This document shows positions 60,855 to 64,000 of a DNA stretch of 64,000 nucleotides, piece after piece. This stretch comes from Octopus sinensis (taxonomy: Eukaryota). Position 1 is the stretch's first letter, and every line of letters begins with the position of its first letter. The notes beneath the pieces are model-generated. The model had not been told where the DNA came from. It did not search any database and saw nothing but the letters and a program-made list of their open reading frames with translations. The stretch is from NCBI RefSeq assembly GCF_006345805.1, contig NC_043003.1, positions 50,158,001 to 50,222,000 of the forward strand, read 5' to 3'. The translations under genes were made by a program, and so were the position numbers.

Positions 60855-61989
60855 TTATAGTTACAGATAATCTCTATTTCTTTATCTATGTGACCATCTC
60901 TCTTTATTTTACACGTCTAATACTCACTTATTGACTTTTTATATCTCTTCCTTACCTTCTCGTTCATTGTTCTTCTATTCACCTTATCTTATGTTTTCCT
61001 TATGTTGTTCTTTCTCCAATTCTCTCTACATCTATATCAACCAATCACTCCTTTTTCTTTTACCCATAACTTTCCCATTCTTATAAAAAAAAAATGCTCC
61101 TCTCCTTCTCTGCTGTTTCTCCTCTTGTAAGTAACCATCTTATTTATACATAAAAATGAATTTTAGCTATGTAAAAGTTAACAACCTTTCCAGCCTTTTA
61201 ATGAAATTCACCAACCTTTTACCAGCAATTTTCTTCTCAACAACATGCAAGAAACAGCGCCTGATGTTCAGTAATTGACAGTCTCTTTAAATAGTAAGTC
61301 TTACTCCACACCATCAACTATATGATGTAGTGTGCTTTCGGAGAGATTACAATTCGATTATGTGCTTTCATTGAAAGGCAAAGCACATCCAGCCGGAATC
61401 TTTTCCATATATGCAAATGTTTAAAAACTGTTAATCATCAACTAATATAATAATGTTTTTTCAAGTATATATGAATATAATTTGCTTACTTAAAATTTGA
61501 TAAATAAATATGGTCTCTCCTAAATAACTGATTAATGTGCAAATAGTGTGCCAGAGAATATATTTTGTCAATATTTCAACTTGTGTAACTTCGTTAATGT
61601 TCACTAAACTATAGTCTGTTGAAATATTTCATTTTATGTCGGTCAGTGCGCTTGCGTAGCTCAGTGGAGAGGGTATCAGAGTTTTAGAGTGCTTTTTTCT
61701 CTCTCGAAAGTGACCTGTTAGTAGCTGGTTCAAATAATTGCTGGGAGCTTGTTTTATTTTTAGGATTCTCTATGTTGTCAGTTCAAATCCCACCAAAGTC
61801 GATTTTGCATTTTTTTCTTGGATTAATTGAAATAAATACTAGTTTTATTTGTAATCTTCTGTGAATTGTAGGTTTTGTGTGTTGCGGAAGGAAATCCGTG
61901 ACTTATGAAAAGCTTAAACATCGCCACAAAAAGTTACAAGATTTTTTAAAAGACAATATAAATAGAACAAGCTTAAAGCGGTAATCCGG

Positions 61990-62190
61990 AAGAATCTTTA
62001 ACACCCCGGACGAAATGCTTAGCGTCATTTCGTCCATCTCTACGTTCTAAGTTCAAATTAAGCCGAGCTTGACATTGTCTTTTATCCTTTCGAGGGTTGA
62101 TAGAATAAGTACCGGTTGAGAACTGGGGTCGATGTAATCGACTTAACCCCTGCCCCAAAATTGCTGTCTTTGTGCCAAAATTTATAACCA
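61990..62190 (+). mobile_element. SINE family 2, tail-C variant
   Basis: gaaatgcttagc...aagttcaaatt...tttatcctttcgagggttgatagaataagtacc...cttgtgccaaaattt. Confidence 0.8.
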
Positions 62191-64000
62191 ATTTGTAAAG
62201 CAAACAGAAAGGTCCCCGCTTTTATGTCGAGAAAGAATGCAACACAGTTTCAATTTCTGGTTTAATATATTGCACTTCACTCAAACTCTTGAATGTTCCA
62301 GGAAAAGAAATTTAAGTCACAACAGCTCCGTTCTCTAACGTAAAAAAAGATTTAGATTCCGATTGGCAAGTGAGTTTCATTGACCGATATATAAGCTTCT
62401 GGCAAATAAACTCTGACCACTGAGTTCAATTTTCCGTTGCAATAATGCATTTTCACTTATGTCGGTAATACTACTGAAAAACGTTTGAATATAACAGCTT
62501 TCCATTTTCCGACTTCGATTGGCAGGCCTTGTAGAGCAAAATTTAGAATTCAAAGAAGCTATTAATGACCTGTGTTGGCAACAATTACAACATATAAGAC
62601 TTTGTAGAATTGTTCAATAAGTCAAACTGTTGTGAGAACTTGTCTTTAGTGTAAAAGCGAGATAAACAGAGAACGTGTGGCTGTTTACTTTTCGTCGGGA
62701 AGTGACAACAATTAAACCTATAGAACTCTTCTAGTGGATATTGTACCTTATCAAAGATATCAAATAAGAAATCTCTTTGTATTAGAAATCAATAATTTAC
62801 ATATGTTAGAAATCAATATTTCATCTCTCTCACGTTAGCAAGATAAGTATAACCTTAATTTCTTTTTATATACGGAAACAGAAAGAAAGAGAGTGGCTAT
62901 TTGTTTTATATTAAAGGAAAAATGAAATAATGGGATGTTTCCGTCTTTCCAAAAGGCTTTCGAAACAAAAGTAAAATAAAAGAATTGAAACAGTCTCGAT
63001 CTTAGTTTATAGGTTCCTATATACGTATCTTAGTGAAGCTCGCCATTACAGTTTTGATGTGCGTAATTAAATTTCATGTCCTTTCTCGAAACGATATTAA
63101 TTACCTAACCACCAACAGAATTGGTATTTTTTGTTTCTACAGTACTCTTTGCAGTATCTTCTGTAGGTATGGTTCTCATATCCATCACTATAAGTATCTG
63201 ATCCTTCCTCTGTAAAGAGATATCTGACTAATGGGGAAAAAATTAAATCTGAAAAATTGCTTTTTGCAAAATGCCTCACAGAGGGTGTCTTCGCTTCTCA
63301 CAGCGTTAGGAAAGCCGTCGAGTAAAATCGCTTTCCGCAGTTAACGATAATAAAATTTTCAGCGGATAGATTCGTTTTCCGCGTTGAAAGAGCTAATAAA
63401 AATCGTCGGCATTTCTTATTTATGGGTATCCATAGATTAGTTTTGCTATTAAATTCTGTGATGAGAAGGATGCAAGTTGTGAAATTTATATTTTCGGAAA
63501 AACTGCATCATAACAAGTACGATATAATATAAATAACCAGAAATAGAAAACCTTGTAACGGATTCCTTTTGCCAGGAATCTACTTCGACAGAACTGGAAC
63601 ATATCATTAAAAAAAGTTCAGAAAACACAGAACAATATTTTTGTAAACGATAGATGTAATATATTGTGTTGCTTCATTTTCACAAAAGACTTTAGGACAA
63701 CTCAAATATTGCTCAAATTAGAATTGACTCTACTGCACAATCAATTGGCTGTGGCATCCAACATCTAAAAATACATTGACTTCTAATTCTAATTTCTGCA
63801 CAGTATCACATATTTATAGAGAAAGGGTGTATAGTCTAATTTGAATTGATCCACAACATGACGTCTATATATTTTATCGATTCTCTGAGGGATCAAAGAT
63901 GCGGTCAATTCCGGCGTGTTTTGAAGATGGACGAAAATAAATACTGTAACCCGTTTAGGCCTCACAAAACTATTTCTTCCACTTCACCACCTCCATAACT

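Noticed and set aside
62355-62420. ATTGG plus TATATAAG promoter-like arrangement
   Set aside because: These short motifs are expected by chance in AT-rich DNA, and no downstream gene is identified.

Overview
AT-rich eukaryotic DNA packed with microsatellites and transposon relics, most likely intronic or intergenic coleoid cephalopod (Octopus-like) sequence. The taxon is inferred from the tRNA-derived SINE families and the extreme (TA)n/(TACA)n/(CA)n density and was not checked against a database. I recognise no intact protein-coding gene, rRNA, tRNA gene or CRISPR array, and most ORFs in the supplied track are microsatellite artefacts. Supported content: a 5'-truncated Penelope-like retroelement (RT plus GIY-YIG); RTE-like and CR1-like LINE 3' fragments; several dead mariner/Tc1 transposases; a deleted Helitron (PIF1-like helicase) interrupted by a TTAA piggyBac-like MITE; non-autonomous Helitrons; hAT, mariner and unclassified MITEs; a TRIM-like LTR remnant with a tRNA-Trp primer-binding site; and dozens of SINEs from at least five module-sharing families. 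The best leads are (i) five type-I hammerhead ribozyme motifs of two architectures in Penelope-type terminal-repeat remnants at (TA)n tracts, (ii) a SINE subfamily that forms head-to-tail multimers with recurring junctions matching its target-site duplications (TSDs) at unique sites, (iii) domain-shuffled SINEs and a SINE/LINE tail hairpin with compensatory changes, and (iv) a Helitron terminus that reads as a 3' end on both strands. Host exon candidates exist on both strands but are unconfirmed. Coordinates were read by eye and may be off by a few bases.
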